A stretch of 64,000 nucleotides of DNA, from positions 384,001 through 448,000 of the forward strand of contig CAWAKC010000001.1 of the NCBI GenBank assembly GCA_963782525.1, in the 5' to 3' direction. Of the stretch, positions 50,573 to 60,490 are shown in pieces. The position numbers and the translations under genes were made by a program. Each line of letters opens with the position of its first letter. Within the stretch, counting starts at the first letter, position 1. The notes beneath the pieces were generated by a model. That model saw nothing but the letters and a program-made list of their open reading frames with translations, had not been told where the DNA came from and made no database searches. Source of the stretch: Candidatus Bathyarchaeota archaeon. Lineage in GTDB: Archaea > Thermoproteota > Bathyarchaeia > Bathyarchaeales > Bathycorpusculaceae.

Positions 50573-50594
50573 GTGGACTGGGGGATTGAACCCC
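50573..50594 (-). repeat. Degenerate copy of the tRNA-Ala 3' end (att-like scar)
   Basis: GTGGACTGGGGGATTGAACCCC versus tRNA GTGGACTGGGGGGGATTTGAACCCCC at 51414-51439, same orientation. Confidence 0.65.
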
Positions 50595-50653
50595 TATCGT
50601 CTCGTGATTTCACTCGCCCAACTCCTCTTTTTTTGGGGTAAAGGTGAAAACGC

Positions 50654-50752
50654 ATGGAACAAAAAACAATAAATTGCCCGCAATGCGGCAAAATCATCCC
50701 CGAATGGATTCTTAAGGGAAACACAATAAGAAAAATTGTGACCTACCCCTAA
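50654..50752 (+). CDS. Putative CPxCG micro-protein or remnant (32 aa)
   Basis: GGTGA RBS; MEQKTINCPQCGKIIPEW...; only one Cys pair. Confidence 0.35.
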   Translation: MEQKTINCPQCGKIIPEWILKGNTIRKIVTYP

Positions 50753-50838
50753 TTGCAGCATTAAAAAAAAACCGCAAATACTTCATAATGAAGACGCGCC
50801 CCAAAGTCTCTGCGCTATACGCAAATGCAATTTTGTAG

Positions 50839-51168
50839 CTAAGCCCAACGAGCCGGCCATTGTGAACTTTGAAAGAGCTCTGTTCGAAACACCATGAAAT
50901 TTTCAATTTGCGGAGGGCAATCAAGCAAATCTTGGACTTTTTTAATAGCTAGAGAAAATACTTCTTTTTCTGACCTATTTAAAGCATCTAAATCTGCCCA
51001 CAGAGTTAGGATTGTTGCTGAGTTCAAGTCTTGAGAGAGCAGCGAAATGGAGCCCCGGAAACCCTCTGTTTGATGGACTAAAGTGTTTAGCAAATGGTCA
51101 AGCTCTAAAAAAGCTTCTTTACGCTTATCTTTTTTAAAATTCCACCTACTCACTCTGGCTAAAACCAT
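50839..51168 (-). CDS. ABM-like (dimeric alpha/beta barrel) protein
   Basis: MVLARVSRW...EGFRG...LTLW.D. Confidence 0.65.
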   Translation of the reverse strand: MVLARVSRWNFKKDKRKEAFLELDHLLNTLVHQTEGFRGSISLLSQDLNSATILTLWADLDALNRSEKEVFSLAIKKVQDLLDCPPQIENFMVFRTELFQSSQWPARWA

Positions 51169-51411
51169 AAGAAATTCTCCTTGACATAATTTAGGCTGGT
51201 TCCCTCTTAAATAGCTTAATAGAGAAGCGAGTGCATTGAAATCTTTCATTAATTTAGAAACTCAAGAAAGCCAGAATAGCCAACTCAAAACAGAAAGCTT
51301 GTTAGCTAATAGAATCCGGCTCTAATTTGTTTATGACTTTGGCTGTAACAAACTATTTAAAAAAGAGAAAGTAAACAGCCAAAATATTATTAAAATGACC
51401 GGGAAGTATTC

Positions 51412-51488
51412 TGGTGGACTGGGGGGGATTTGAACCCCCGACCTCTTGAGTGCAAGTCAAGCGTTCATACCAGCTGAACTACCAGCCC
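51412..51488 (-). tRNA. tRNA-Ala(UGC), intronless, with encoded CCA
   Basis: GGGCTGGTAGTTCAGCTGGTATGAACGCTTGACTTGCACTCAAGAGGTCGGGGGTTCAAATCCCCCCCAGTCCACCA; anticodon TGC and G3:U70 pair. Confidence 0.97.
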
Positions 51489-51603
51489 GAGCACTTTCCC
51501 GAATCAGATACGTTTCCTTGATATTTAGGTTTTGCCAACTAAAATGAATATGTGCATTTCTTTAAAACATTATATCTCCAAAAACAGTATAAGTTATTGA
51601 GGG

Positions 51604-52092
51604 TTGAAGTTGGATTTAAAAATAGTAAAAATTGAACCGCCAAAAGACTGCAACACCATTCTTGGAATGGCACACTTCATAAAAACCGCTGAAGACCTCT
51701 ACGAGGCGTTAGTAAACTCTGTGCCCAATATCCAATTTGGGTTAGGTTTCTGCGAAAGCTCAGGGCCTTGCCTTGTACGTCATGAAGGAAATGACCCTGA
51801 ACTGCGACAGTTGGCTGCACAAAAAGCGTTTGAAATAGGCTGCGGACACAGCTTTTTGATTTTCATAAAGAATGCTTACCCAATTAACGTTCTTGATAAA
51901 ATAAAGAAGGCACCTGAGGTATGCACTGTTTATGCTGCAACAGCTAACCCGCTGGAAGTCATAGTTGCCGAAACCAGTCAGGGCGGAAGCATCATCGGCG
52001 TAGTCGACGGTTTGAAAAGCAAGGGGATAGAGGCCGAAAAAGACATTGCCGAGCGAAGGCAATTCCTGCGAAAAATCGGCTACAAACTCTAG
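51604..52092 (+). CDS. Adenosine-specific kinase family (DUF355)
   Basis: HFIKT.EDLYE, FCESSG, GHSF, YPINVL and ATANP. Confidence 0.9.
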   Translation: MKLDLKIVKIEPPKDCNTILGMAHFIKTAEDLYEALVNSVPNIQFGLGFCESSGPCLVRHEGNDPELRQLAAQKAFEIGCGHSFLIFIKNAYPINVLDKIKKAPEVCTVYAATANPLEVIVAETSQGGSIIGVVDGLKSKGIEAEKDIAERRQFLRKIGYKL

Positions 52093-52162
52093 TAAACCCT
52101 ACCATAAACTATTTTAGTTCACTTTTGAATTCAAACCTTAACGGACTTAGCGATGTGTTTTT

Positions 52163-53017
52163 ATGGCTTATGAAAGGAACATGGCACAAATTGAAGCTTA
52201 CCGAAAACAGGAAACTGAACAACAGCAGACCCTAAAAGACAAGATGGGCAAGATTAAACATAAAATCGCCGTCATAAGCGGGAAAGGCGGCGTGGGAAAA
52301 AGCACTGTAACTGTGAACCTTGCCGCAGCTTTTGCATTACAGGGTAACCATATTGGAGTTTTAGATGCTGACATTCATGGACCCAGTGTTCCAAGGCTGC
52401 TTGGGTTGGTAGGGCAACAAGTTAAGACTGCGGCCTCAGGTATTTTTCCTGTAGACGGTCCATTGGGTATGAAGGTTATGTCGATTGACTTCTTTTTGCC
52501 CGGGGAGGCACCCACGATTTGGCGTGGACCCCTAAAGATGCGTGCTATCCGCCAGTTCCTCAGCGATGTGGATTGGGGCGAACTTGATTTCCTCTTCATC
52601 GATTTGCCGCCTGGCACAGGAGACGAACCGTTAAGCATCGCTCAACTTCTTCCAGACATCGATGGCGTCGTCATAGTAACCATGCCCTCGGAACTTTCAA
52701 GCGAAATTGTAAAGAAAGCCATTACCTTCGCAGAAAGGCTACACATGCCTATCATCGGCGTGGTCGAGAACATGAGCGGATTTATCTGTCCACATTGCGG
52801 GACAAAAACAGAGATTTTCCAGTCTGGCGGCGGCAAAAAAATGGCGAAAGAAATGAACGTAGCATTTCTCGGGAGCATACCAATCGACCCGACAGTTGGC
52901 GTTGATTCTGATAAGGGCACACCCTTTGTGGTTTCACATAAGGATTCCGCTGCTGCTAAGGCGTTCATGGATATAGTGTTGAAAGTCCAGGAACGGTTAA
53001 ACCAAAAAAAGAGTTAA
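52163..53017 (+). CDS. mrp: Mrp/NBP35 Fe-S cluster carrier ATPase
   Basis: SGKGGVGKST, DADIHGPS, WRGP, DLPPGTGD and ENMS..CPHC. Confidence 0.95.
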   Translation: MAYERNMAQIEAYRKQETEQQQTLKDKMGKIKHKIAVISGKGGVGKSTVTVNLAAAFALQGNHIGVLDADIHGPSVPRLLGLVGQQVKTAASGIFPVDGPLGMKVMSIDFFLPGEAPTIWRGPLKMRAIRQFLSDVDWGELDFLFIDLPPGTGDEPLSIAQLLPDIDGVVIVTMPSELSSEIVKKAITFAERLHMPIIGVVENMSGFICPHCGTKTEIFQSGGGKKMAKEMNVAFLGSIPIDPTVGVDSDKGTPFVVSHKDSAAAKAFMDIVLKVQERLNQKKS

Positions 53018-53418
53018 TCCTCTTTTTTTCTCGATAAGGTTGTTGAAAACTCGGTTGACTTGGGGGTAATTGCCATCTTCCCTTCTTTAGATAGCCTTTC
53101 AAACAAACGGATTTTGTGAAAAAGTCCGTTTGCACCATGGCCCATGAGGAAAATTGATGCAACCAAAGCCAAGTAGCATCCTGCCATAATTGGCAGAAAA
53201 AGTTGCACTCCAAACAGAGTTAAAATTGCTGCAACGACAACTGACCCGCCATAGCTTGATATAAAAAAGATTTCCATAACAGCCACCAGCAGAATTGTTT
53301 TCTTTGGTTTTAAGTACTCAAGGTATACTCCGACCAGAACTGCTTGAAGTACCCAGCCTGAAAGGGGAATGTAAACAAAGATGAAGTCGACTGCAAGAAG
53401 TCCCATGCCGATGCTCAA
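53014..53418 (-). CDS. Membrane hypothetical protein (start may lie upstream)
   Basis: Multiple hydrophobic segments. Confidence 0.6.
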   Translation of the reverse strand: MSIGMGLLAVDFIFVYIPLSGWVLQAVLVGVYLEYLKPKKTILLVAVMEIFFISSYGGSVVVAAILTLFGVQLFLPIMAGCYLALVASIFLMGHGANGLFHKIRLFERLSKEGKMAITPKSTEFSTTLSRKKED

Positions 53419-53593
53419 GAAGATGTAAAAAAGAGATTTCGGCGAGCCCGTTACATTTCATGATTTAATATTGTCTACTAGAAAGTATAAGGTTTTCACG
53501 AAAAACAAAAAATTGATGAATAATGTAAAAGAAACAAAAGTAAAAAGGGTTGGAGAGATTAAAAAACTCCAGTTTCAAGTTTTGTCCGCAGAA

Positions 53594-53884
53594 CTACTCT
53601 TTTGTAAGAGTAATTTCTATGGTTGAAACCATCCTGGACCTATTCTCGCCTTCGCGTGGTGGCATCTCGGCAGTTCCGATTGCAATCTTTGTCACTTTGA
53701 GGTCTTTTATGAATCGGCTTCTTGTGATTTCTGCAACGTCAACTGCGGTGGTGATTGCTTGTCCTCGGGCTTTTAGGGTAATTTCTTTACCTGCACCTGA
53801 AGAGAACGCGGTTATAATAGCGAGTACATAGCTCATTGGTGGTTTATTTCCGACGAATATAACGTCACTAGCTTTTTCTGTCAT
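53594..53884 (-). CDS. albA: DNA/RNA-binding protein Alba
   Basis: GNKPPMSYV, KARGQAI..AVDVAE and VSTIEI; GGAG RBS. Confidence 0.96.
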   Translation of the reverse strand: MTEKASDVIFVGNKPPMSYVLAIITAFSSGAGKEITLKARGQAITTAVDVAEITRSRFIKDLKVTKIAIGTAEMPPREGENRSRMVSTIEITLTKE

Positions 53885-54134
53885 TTCATATCACTCCTTT
53901 TTTTAGTTTTTCTTTCCGGTGTAAGCTCATAGTAACTCAAAACTTCCTAATAAACCAAATTCAGCAGTACGATATACAAGCAAGCGCAGTGGAAAAAAGA
54001 AGTGGAAAAATTAACGGTAAAAATCGCTGTCTTCAACGGTAAATTCTGATGTTTGGAGCTCGTTAATATGCAAAAACGCTATAGTTTTATACCTCTACCT
54101 TGAAGGCAAGGTACAAGCAGAGAGGAACAGTTTC

Positions 54135-54905
54135 ATGTCTGTGTCGCCGGGTCTAAGAGAAGTTTTAGCTAGAAGAATCGCTGGAGAAATAATTCTTTCA
54201 AGCAAACCAGGCTCAACCATGAAGAAATGGCGTGAACTCTTCGCAGTTTCCCAAATCAACCTATCCGAAGCCATGGGGCTCTCATCTTCAGTCATAAGTG
54301 ATTACGAAAGCGGTAGAAGAAAAAGCCCGGGCGCCAAATTCATCCGCAGATTCGTTCTCTCGCTTCTGCATATTGACGAAAGTAAAGGCAGCCGCTTCAT
54401 TCGAGAATTCGCCAAATTAACCAGTTCCCCAAGCATGGCAGTCGTTGACCTCCGAGAGTTTCCAATACCAGTCAGGGTGGAGTACCTGTGCAAGGCGATT
54501 GGTGGTGAAGTGGTGGCTTGCAAAGAAAAATTCGTTAAAGAAGTCAACGGCTACACCGTCATCGACAGCAAAAAAGCCGTTGAAGCATACTCGGGCTCAG
54601 AGTACACACAGCTCTTTGGCGCCTCAACCGAGCGGGCACTAATTTTTACTAACATCGAAACTGGGTGTTTGCCTATGATGATTGTACGGGTAAGCAGCCT
54701 TAAACCGCGGATTATAGTTTTCCACAAAACAGTGCCCGATGAAGAAGCCATAAGGATAGCGGAGTACGAGCAGATACCGATAATTTACTCAACTGCACCG
54801 ACCCTTGAGCAACTGGTGAAGTCACTACGCAAGCTTTACAGAATTGCATTGCGAGTTAAGCTGGGAAGACGAAGGGTTCGCCCTCCACCAAAAATAAGCG
54901 CTTAA
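54135..54905 (+). CDS. XRE/HTH transcriptional regulator (archaeal COG1709-like)
   Basis: RIAGEI, SVISDYESGRRKSPG, GYTVIDS and RALIFT. Confidence 0.88.
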   Translation: MSVSPGLREVLARRIAGEIILSSKPGSTMKKWRELFAVSQINLSEAMGLSSSVISDYESGRRKSPGAKFIRRFVLSLLHIDESKGSRFIREFAKLTSSPSMAVVDLREFPIPVRVEYLCKAIGGEVVACKEKFVKEVNGYTVIDSKKAVEAYSGSEYTQLFGASTERALIFTNIETGCLPMMIVRVSSLKPRIIVFHKTVPDEEAIRIAEYEQIPIIYSTAPTLEQLVKSLRKLYRIALRVKLGRRRVRPPPKISA

Positions 54906-54981
54906 AAATCTCAAATTGTACTGGCTTAGGAATCGTCAATGCCACCTGACCTATTAGGCGCTAAATAGATTGTTTTGACGC

Positions 54982-56796
54982 CTATATGAGGTAGGCTTCT
55001 GTGATGTATCTGCGCATTACCCACTGCGTTTGGAAGTAGTAGGCTATTTTAGCAATCGAGTTTTTCATGAGAGTTATCCAAGCGTCTTTTTGGTTGTAGA
55101 ACGTTGGAATTATTAGGTATTCTAGTTTGCTATAGAGGTCTTGAAGTTCTGCTTCTCTTCTTTCGTTTTCAGTCAGCAGTTCTCGCGGATGTGGACCTAT
55201 TGCCCAGCCTGTTACGCCTTCGATACACCCTTCCATCCACCAGCCGTCGAGCACACTAAAGTTTACAATCCCGTTGTGCGCAGCTTTCATGCCGCTGGTT
55301 CCAGATGCTTCCATAGGCGGCAACGGCGTATTAAGCCACACATCAACACCCGAAGTAAGTTTAGCTGCAATCTCCATGTTATAGTTCTCCAAGTAAACTA
55401 TGCTAATCTGGTCTTTCAATACCCGCGCGTAATCGTGGATTTGCCTGATGAGTTTCTTGCCTTCAATATCGTTGGGGTGAGCTTTTCCAGCGAATATCAT
55501 CTGGATTTTTTCTCTTCGGTTGACATCGTTTAATCTATGTAAATCTGAGAAAATCAAGGTTGCCCGTTTATAGCCTGTTGCTCTTCTGGCAAAACCCAGC
55601 GTCAATGCTTGTGGGTCAAGTTTTATGTCATTGTTTTTTTCCACGAAAGTTAACAAGTCATTTTTTGCTTTGGTGTGGGCGTCCCAGACTTCTCTGTTTG
55701 GAATTTCGCTGGCTTTTGCTAAGAGGATGGGTTCGTTTGTCCAGCCGGGGATGTACTTGTCGAAGAGTTGTCTAAAATACAGGTTTGTCCACGTAAACGA
55801 GTGGACACCGTTTGTGACTGCACGGATGTAGCGTCCTGGGAAAAGTTTTCTTGAGAAATCAACGTGCGCCAGGGAAACGCCGTTGACATATTTGCTCAGG
55901 TTCAATGCAAGGTAAGCCATGTTTAAGTTATCATTGCCCGCATACCGCTTCATATCGCTCAACAAATATTCTTTGCCAAGCACTTGCTCAATGAGTTCAT
56001 ATGAAAATTGGTCGAACGCGGCTTCCACGGGGCTGTGAGTCGTGAAAACACATAGGTTTTGAACTTTCTCAGTATCCATGTTGTTTGCTCGGAGCAATTC
56101 AAGGGTTAAGAGGCTTGAGTGACCTTCGTTCATGTGGTACTTTCTGATTTTGAAAGGAAGATTTTTCAGCATTCGCGTACCAGCGATGCCGAGAATGATT
56201 TCTTGTTTTAAGCGGTAACGTTTGTCGCCACCGTAGAGGGAATCAGTGATTCTTCGGTCTTCAGGAGCGTTCTCTTCGTTGTCGGTATCCAAAAAAAGAA
56301 TAGGCACCATGCCACCTGTGATGCTTTGGTACTCATATAGCCAAGCTTGCACTTTGACTGGGCGCCCCTCAATCTTTACGTCGACTGTGCTAGGCATGAG
56401 GGTTAAGGTTTTAGCTGGGTCCCACTCGTCTGGGAATTCCAGTTGATCACCTTGCTCTGTTAGTTTTTGTCTGAAGTAACCTTTTCTGCTGGCAAGTGTA
56501 ATGGCGATCATCTGGAGTCGCAAGTCTGCGCTGGACTTTAGGATGTCGCCTGCTAAGACTCCTAAGCCCCCGCTGTAAGTTGGCATGCTGGGTGAGATTC
56601 CTATTTCCATTGAGAAATAGGCAATTCTGGGATCGTCTTGGAAGTGCCGTCGGCAGTTTTCGCTGCAGAAACAGTATTTTTTGCCTCCAAAGCTGTCGCT
56701 TGCCACTTCAATTCTTGTTTGCGGGTTCTCTACATCGATCTGTATTCCGCAGACTGGGCATTTTAAAAGTCTCGGGTTACTCAAACGTGGCACCAC
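54982..56796 (-). CDS. glgP: Alpha-glucan phosphorylase with N-terminal YHS/TRASH metal-binding domain
   Basis: AYFSMEIG, YSGGLGVLAGD, NEGH, ARRATGYKR and EASGTSGMK; N-terminal CPVCG...YCFCSENC. Confidence 0.93.
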   Translation of the reverse strand: MVPRLSNPRLLKCPVCGIQIDVENPQTRIEVASDSFGGKKYCFCSENCRRHFQDDPRIAYFSMEIGISPSMPTYSGGLGVLAGDILKSSADLRLQMIAITLASRKGYFRQKLTEQGDQLEFPDEWDPAKTLTLMPSTVDVKIEGRPVKVQAWLYEYQSITGGMVPILFLDTDNEENAPEDRRITDSLYGGDKRYRLKQEIILGIAGTRMLKNLPFKIRKYHMNEGHSSLLTLELLRANNMDTEKVQNLCVFTTHSPVEAAFDQFSYELIEQVLGKEYLLSDMKRYAGNDNLNMAYLALNLSKYVNGVSLAHVDFSRKLFPGRYIRAVTNGVHSFTWTNLYFRQLFDKYIPGWTNEPILLAKASEIPNREVWDAHTKAKNDLLTFVEKNNDIKLDPQALTLGFARRATGYKRATLIFSDLHRLNDVNRREKIQMIFAGKAHPNDIEGKKLIRQIHDYARVLKDQISIVYLENYNMEIAAKLTSGVDVWLNTPLPPMEASGTSGMKAAHNGIVNFSVLDGWWMEGCIEGVTGWAIGPHPRELLTENERREAELQDLYSKLEYLIIPTFYNQKDAWITLMKNSIAKIAYYFQTQWVMRRYITEAYLI

Positions 56797-56872
56797 TTAA
56801 GGAAACGGCTGTCCCCCACTTGATATAGGTATTGATGAGAAGGCTCCGAACTTAGCGTTGTGTCAGGTTTTG

Positions 56873-57331
56873 TTATTCGACTTGTGAGGTTCCTGGCTGG
56901 GTAAAGGGTTCAGTCATACCGACGAGGAGTTTGCCAAATAAGTTGATATGGGTTTCTTCTTCAGCGAGAATTTCTTCAAGCATTCGTCTTGTGGTGTAGT
57001 CGCCTTCTTCTGCAGCAACCTGAATTGCCTGTTTGTATAGCGTGATGGCTTTTTCTTCGTCTTGTTCGTTTTGTTTGAGCATTTCAATGAGGCTGCCGCG
57101 TACGAAGATTGGGTCTGGCTTGGTTGTGGCTACGCCGTTGAGGTAGTCGAGGCGTTCGGCTAAGCGTTCGGCATGTTTCATTTCAGCGATGGCGGTTTTG
57201 CGAAAAATACCTTCCACTAGGGCGCCGTCTGTGCCAGTTACTTGGATGTGCTGCCACATATACTGGATGCTGACTTGGAGTTCACGGGCTATGCCCTTGT
57301 TTAGAAAATCTAAAAGTTTTTGAGAGGCCAA
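56873..57331 (-). CDS. Bacterioferritin-like ferritin-domain protein
   Basis: E...QY..QH, EMKHAE, E..AI..Y and EETH di-iron ligands. Confidence 0.88.
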   Translation of the reverse strand: MASQKLLDFLNKGIARELQVSIQYMWQHIQVTGTDGALVEGIFRKTAIAEMKHAERLAERLDYLNGVATTKPDPIFVRGSLIEMLKQNEQDEEKAITLYKQAIQVAAEEGDYTTRRMLEEILAEEETHINLFGKLLVGMTEPFTQPGTSQVE

Positions 57332-57435
57332 AATAATCCCTAACAAAACCAGAGTCCGCCAGCATATAAATTGATTTCTGAACCAGTAAAAATTTCAGCC
57401 AAAAGGGATAATAACTTAAAGCCTGCCAAAATTCA

Positions 57436-57924
57436 ATGTCTGTGAGCAACATGAAAACACTAATTATCTGTTTTTCCTATCACCATAATAACACTGAAAA
57501 AATTGCTTCCGTCTTCACTAAAACTCTTGAAGCCGAAGTTAAAGCGCCCTCCGAAATCGATCCAAACTCGCTTTCCGATTTTGATCTAGTCGGGTTCGGT
57601 TCAGGAATTTCTTTTGGAAATCACTACAAAGTTCTGCTTGAATTTGCCGATAAAGTCCCCGCAGTAACCAACAAGAAAGCCTTCATTTTTTCCACAAGCG
57701 GTCAAGCAGGAAACGGACCAAAGTTCCACCGAAAACTGCGAGAAAAACTCGAATCTAAGGGTTTTGATATTGTTGGAGAATTTAATTGCACTGGATTTGA
57801 CACTTATGGACTTTTGAAAATTGCGGGTGGCATACAAAAGGGACATCCAAACGAAGAAGACTTAAAACAAGCAGAAACTTTCGCGTTAAGGCTCAAGCAG
57901 CTACCACAAATCTCAGATTCTTAA
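57436..57924 (+). CDS. Flavodoxin family protein
   Basis: SYHHNNTEKIA, GFGSG, FSTSG and GHPNEED. Confidence 0.88.
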   Translation: MSVSNMKTLIICFSYHHNNTEKIASVFTKTLEAEVKAPSEIDPNSLSDFDLVGFGSGISFGNHYKVLLEFADKVPAVTNKKAFIFSTSGQAGNGPKFHRKLREKLESKGFDIVGEFNCTGFDTYGLLKIAGGIQKGHPNEEDLKQAETFALRLKQLPQISDS

Positions 57925-57929
57925 TCCAC

Positions 57930-58496
57930 GTGACCAATATGAAAACGCTGCTTGTTTATGGCACCCGATACGGAGCAACCGAAAGCACCTCAGAAGAAAT
58001 TGCGAAAGTTCTAAGAGCCCAAGGTTTAGAAGTTAAAGTGGTTAATGCCAAAGAAGAAAAAATCAAAGATATCTCCCCTTATGAACTTATCATCGTAGGC
58101 ACTGGGATACAGATGTCGAGGTGGGTTGGCGACGTCGAAGATTTCCTCAAAAAACACCAAAAAGAGTTAGCTCAAAAGAAAGTAGCCCTTTTTGTTTCAA
58201 CCATGAAGACAGTTAGTGAGCGAGAGGGAAAACTTGAAGATTTAGCCAAAGCCAAAAAGTTGGAACTAGACGACAAACTCGGAAAATACGATTTTAAATT
58301 CTTAAGCATAGGTTTCTTCGGCGGCGTGTTGAATTTTAACAAAATGAACATAATCTCCCGCAAAGCCTTTGGCTCGATGCGGACAAGACTGGAAAAGGAC
58401 GGCTTTAAAGAAATAGAACCTGGCTTGTTTGAGTTGCGTAACTGGGATGAAATTCGTGGATGGGCTAAAGAATTAGCGGTTAAAGCGCAGCACTAG
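57930..58496 (+). CDS. Flavodoxin-domain (HemG-like) protein
   Basis: YGTRYGAT, FFGG and LRNWDEIRGWA. Confidence 0.88.
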   Translation: MTNMKTLLVYGTRYGATESTSEEIAKVLRAQGLEVKVVNAKEEKIKDISPYELIIVGTGIQMSRWVGDVEDFLKKHQKELAQKKVALFVSTMKTVSEREGKLEDLAKAKKLELDDKLGKYDFKFLSIGFFGGVLNFNKMNIISRKAFGSMRTRLEKDGFKEIEPGLFELRNWDEIRGWAKELAVKAQH

Positions 58497-59160
58497 CATC
58501 TGGAATTTGAGGCTGCGGGTTGCTTTTTTTGCCCCTGACTATGGGAATGATGAATTCAAGAACGATAAGCAACAGTATCAAACCAACAATAACCGGTAAC
58601 CCCCATGAATTACCCCTCAAGAACAACGTTATCCAACCGAAGTAGGGGATACGCATAACAACCCGTCCTATCACCAAGTTTTGAGGAACCCCTTGTCCAG
58701 TATTCCAGAGCGTGTTTGAATCGTATTCAGCTACGCCAGGTGTTTTTGGCCATTTGTCTAAGCTGTTCCCATCGCCTTTTGTTTGGAAGTATAGTGTGCC
58801 GTTGATATTATCTACTTTGACTATGCGGTGAACTATGGGTGTGGAGGTTGGGTCTGTTGGGTTTTCGTAGACTATTATGTCGCTATTTGGGTAATTTGCA
58901 TTTAAGTCAGCTGGGTTAATTTTTTGGATGACAATTATGTCGCCGATGTGAAGAGTGTGAGCGAAAGGATGACTCCAGCCGTCACAGGCGCCGTCGAAGG
59001 GAACACACATGCTGCCGCTTTCCACAACTCGAACGGGAACCGACGTGCCGAGTGCTAACTGTAAACCAAAGAAGAAACCCAGAACTATCGCGATGATTAC
59101 GCCGATAACGAGTGCTGATTTGACGTATTCGTTTCGCTTGATTTTTGTGACAATGCTCAA
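58480..59160 (-). CDS. Signal peptidase I (archaeal/Sec11 type)
   Basis: VESGSM, GDII, IVHR, TKGDGN and IPYFGW; TTG start at 59160 inferred. Confidence 0.9.
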   Translation of the reverse strand: MSIVTKIKRNEYVKSALVIGVIIAIVLGFFFGLQLALGTSVPVRVVESGSMCVPFDGACDGWSHPFAHTLHIGDIIVIQKINPADLNANYPNSDIIVYENPTDPTSTPIVHRIVKVDNINGTLYFQTKGDGNSLDKWPKTPGVAEYDSNTLWNTGQGVPQNLVIGRVVMRIPYFGWITLFLRGNSWGLPVIVGLILLLIVLEFIIPIVRGKKSNPQPQIPDASAAL

Positions 59161-59278
59161 GGTCTTGCCTTCAACAATTAACCTGAAAGGAAATGAAAAC
59201 ACCATTAATAAACCGCATTCTTTTCGGAGCATAGGAAACAAGAAATAGTTCATAACTAAAGTTTTCTTTTGGGTTAGC

Positions 59279-60490
59279 ATGCTTAGGACTAAATGGGCGC
59301 AGAAAGCCTTCTTTACCGTAATATGCGTTATGGGGTTGTTTGCAATCCTAAGCTCAACTATGTCCAAGAGCCCCGTTTTAAAACCGTTTGCAACAAGCCT
59401 TGGAACACCAGACGACTTGCTGGGGATAGTGGCTTCTGCCTCAACCATCCCTGGAATACTCATAAGTCTCCCAGCCGCCTCGCTCTCCGACGTCTTCGGT
59501 AGACGCAAAATGTTGTTGTTTTCTGCTTTCGTTTTTGCTTCTGCTCCTTTTTTGTATTTGGGGGTGAGTTCTTGGTGGATGCTGGCGCTTGTGCGGTTTT
59601 ACCATGGATTCGCAACGGCCATCTTCATGCCCGTGGCGGAAGCCTCAATCGCTACCCTGTTTCCGTCTAAGCGTGGAGAACGCATCTCACTCTTCAACTC
59701 TGCCACTGCAGTTGGCAGAGCATTAGCGCCGTTCTTGGGCGGCTACATACTTTTTGCAACCAACGAAAGCTTCTTCACTCTCTACGTCGCTGTGGGCATA
59801 GCGGGCGTCACCGCTTTCATCATTGCGTTGTTGTTCTTGGCTGAAAAACGAACCTTTGCAACAGAACCCTCGGCCATGGAAAGGGCACCTCGAAAAATGT
59901 TCAGCGGCTGGCTAACAATAATCAAAAATACCAATGTCTTAGGCGTCAGCTTCGTGCAGGCTATTCAATATTTTGTTTTTGGTTCGGTCGATTTCTTTTT
60001 GGTTGGATACTTGACTGATGTTGTGAAGATGGATCTTTTATCGGTGGGAATCATTACGGGTAGCGAGATAGTTGCGTTGGTGGTTGTTCGACCGCTAATC
60101 GGCAGAATCTCTGATAGGATAGGTAGAACTAAACCGATTGTCGCAGGCATAGTTGCAGGCTGCTTCATAATTGGGGCAATACCGTTCACATCGCAGTTTC
60201 CACTGCTGCTCCTATTAGCAGTCGCATATGGTGCCTCGTTTGCCACAGTGCTCTCCTCAACCTCACCCATGGTCTGCGATTTAGTTCCAGCCACCTTAGT
60301 CGGTGCCTCAATGGGGTTCCTATCAACCACCATGGACATCGGGCAAACGCTTGGACCCATAGTCAGCGGCGTAATCTTCGCAACCAACCTACGCTACACC
60401 GGCATGTTCCTAACGCTTAGCATCCTAATGGTTGTCTCAGTCGCGGTTTTCTTGCTGTCAAAGAGGCATGCCCAAAAAAACTTAGCGTGA
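59279..60490 (+). CDS. MFS transporter
   Basis: LSDVFGRR and ISDRIGR motif A; about 12 TM helices. Confidence 0.92.
   Translation: MLRTKWAQKAFFTVICVMGLFAILSSTMSKSPVLKPFATSLGTPDDLLGIVASASTIPGILISLPAASLSDVFGRRKMLLFSAFVFASAPFLYLGVSSWWMLALVRFYHGFATAIFMPVAEASIATLFPSKRGERISLFNSATAVGRALAPFLGGYILFATNESFFTLYVAVGIAGVTAFIIALLFLAEKRTFATEPSAMERAPRKMFSGWLTIIKNTNVLGVSFVQAIQYFVFGSVDFFLVGYLTDVVKMDLLSVGIITGSEIVALVVVRPLIGRISDRIGRTKPIVAGIVAGCFIIGAIPFTSQFPLLLLLAVAYGASFATVLSSTSPMVCDLVPATLVGASMGFLSTTMDIGQTLGPIVSGVIFATNLRYTGMFLTLSILMVVSVAVFLLSKRHAQKNLA

Noticed and set aside
50573-50625. Second tRNA gene
   Set aside because: Only the T-arm and acceptor 3' part match; no D-arm or anticodon arm can be folded
59161-59508. 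N-terminal extension of the signal peptidase ORF (342 aa)
   Set aside because: It overlaps the MFS gene on the opposite strand; the Sec11-like sequence begins near 59160
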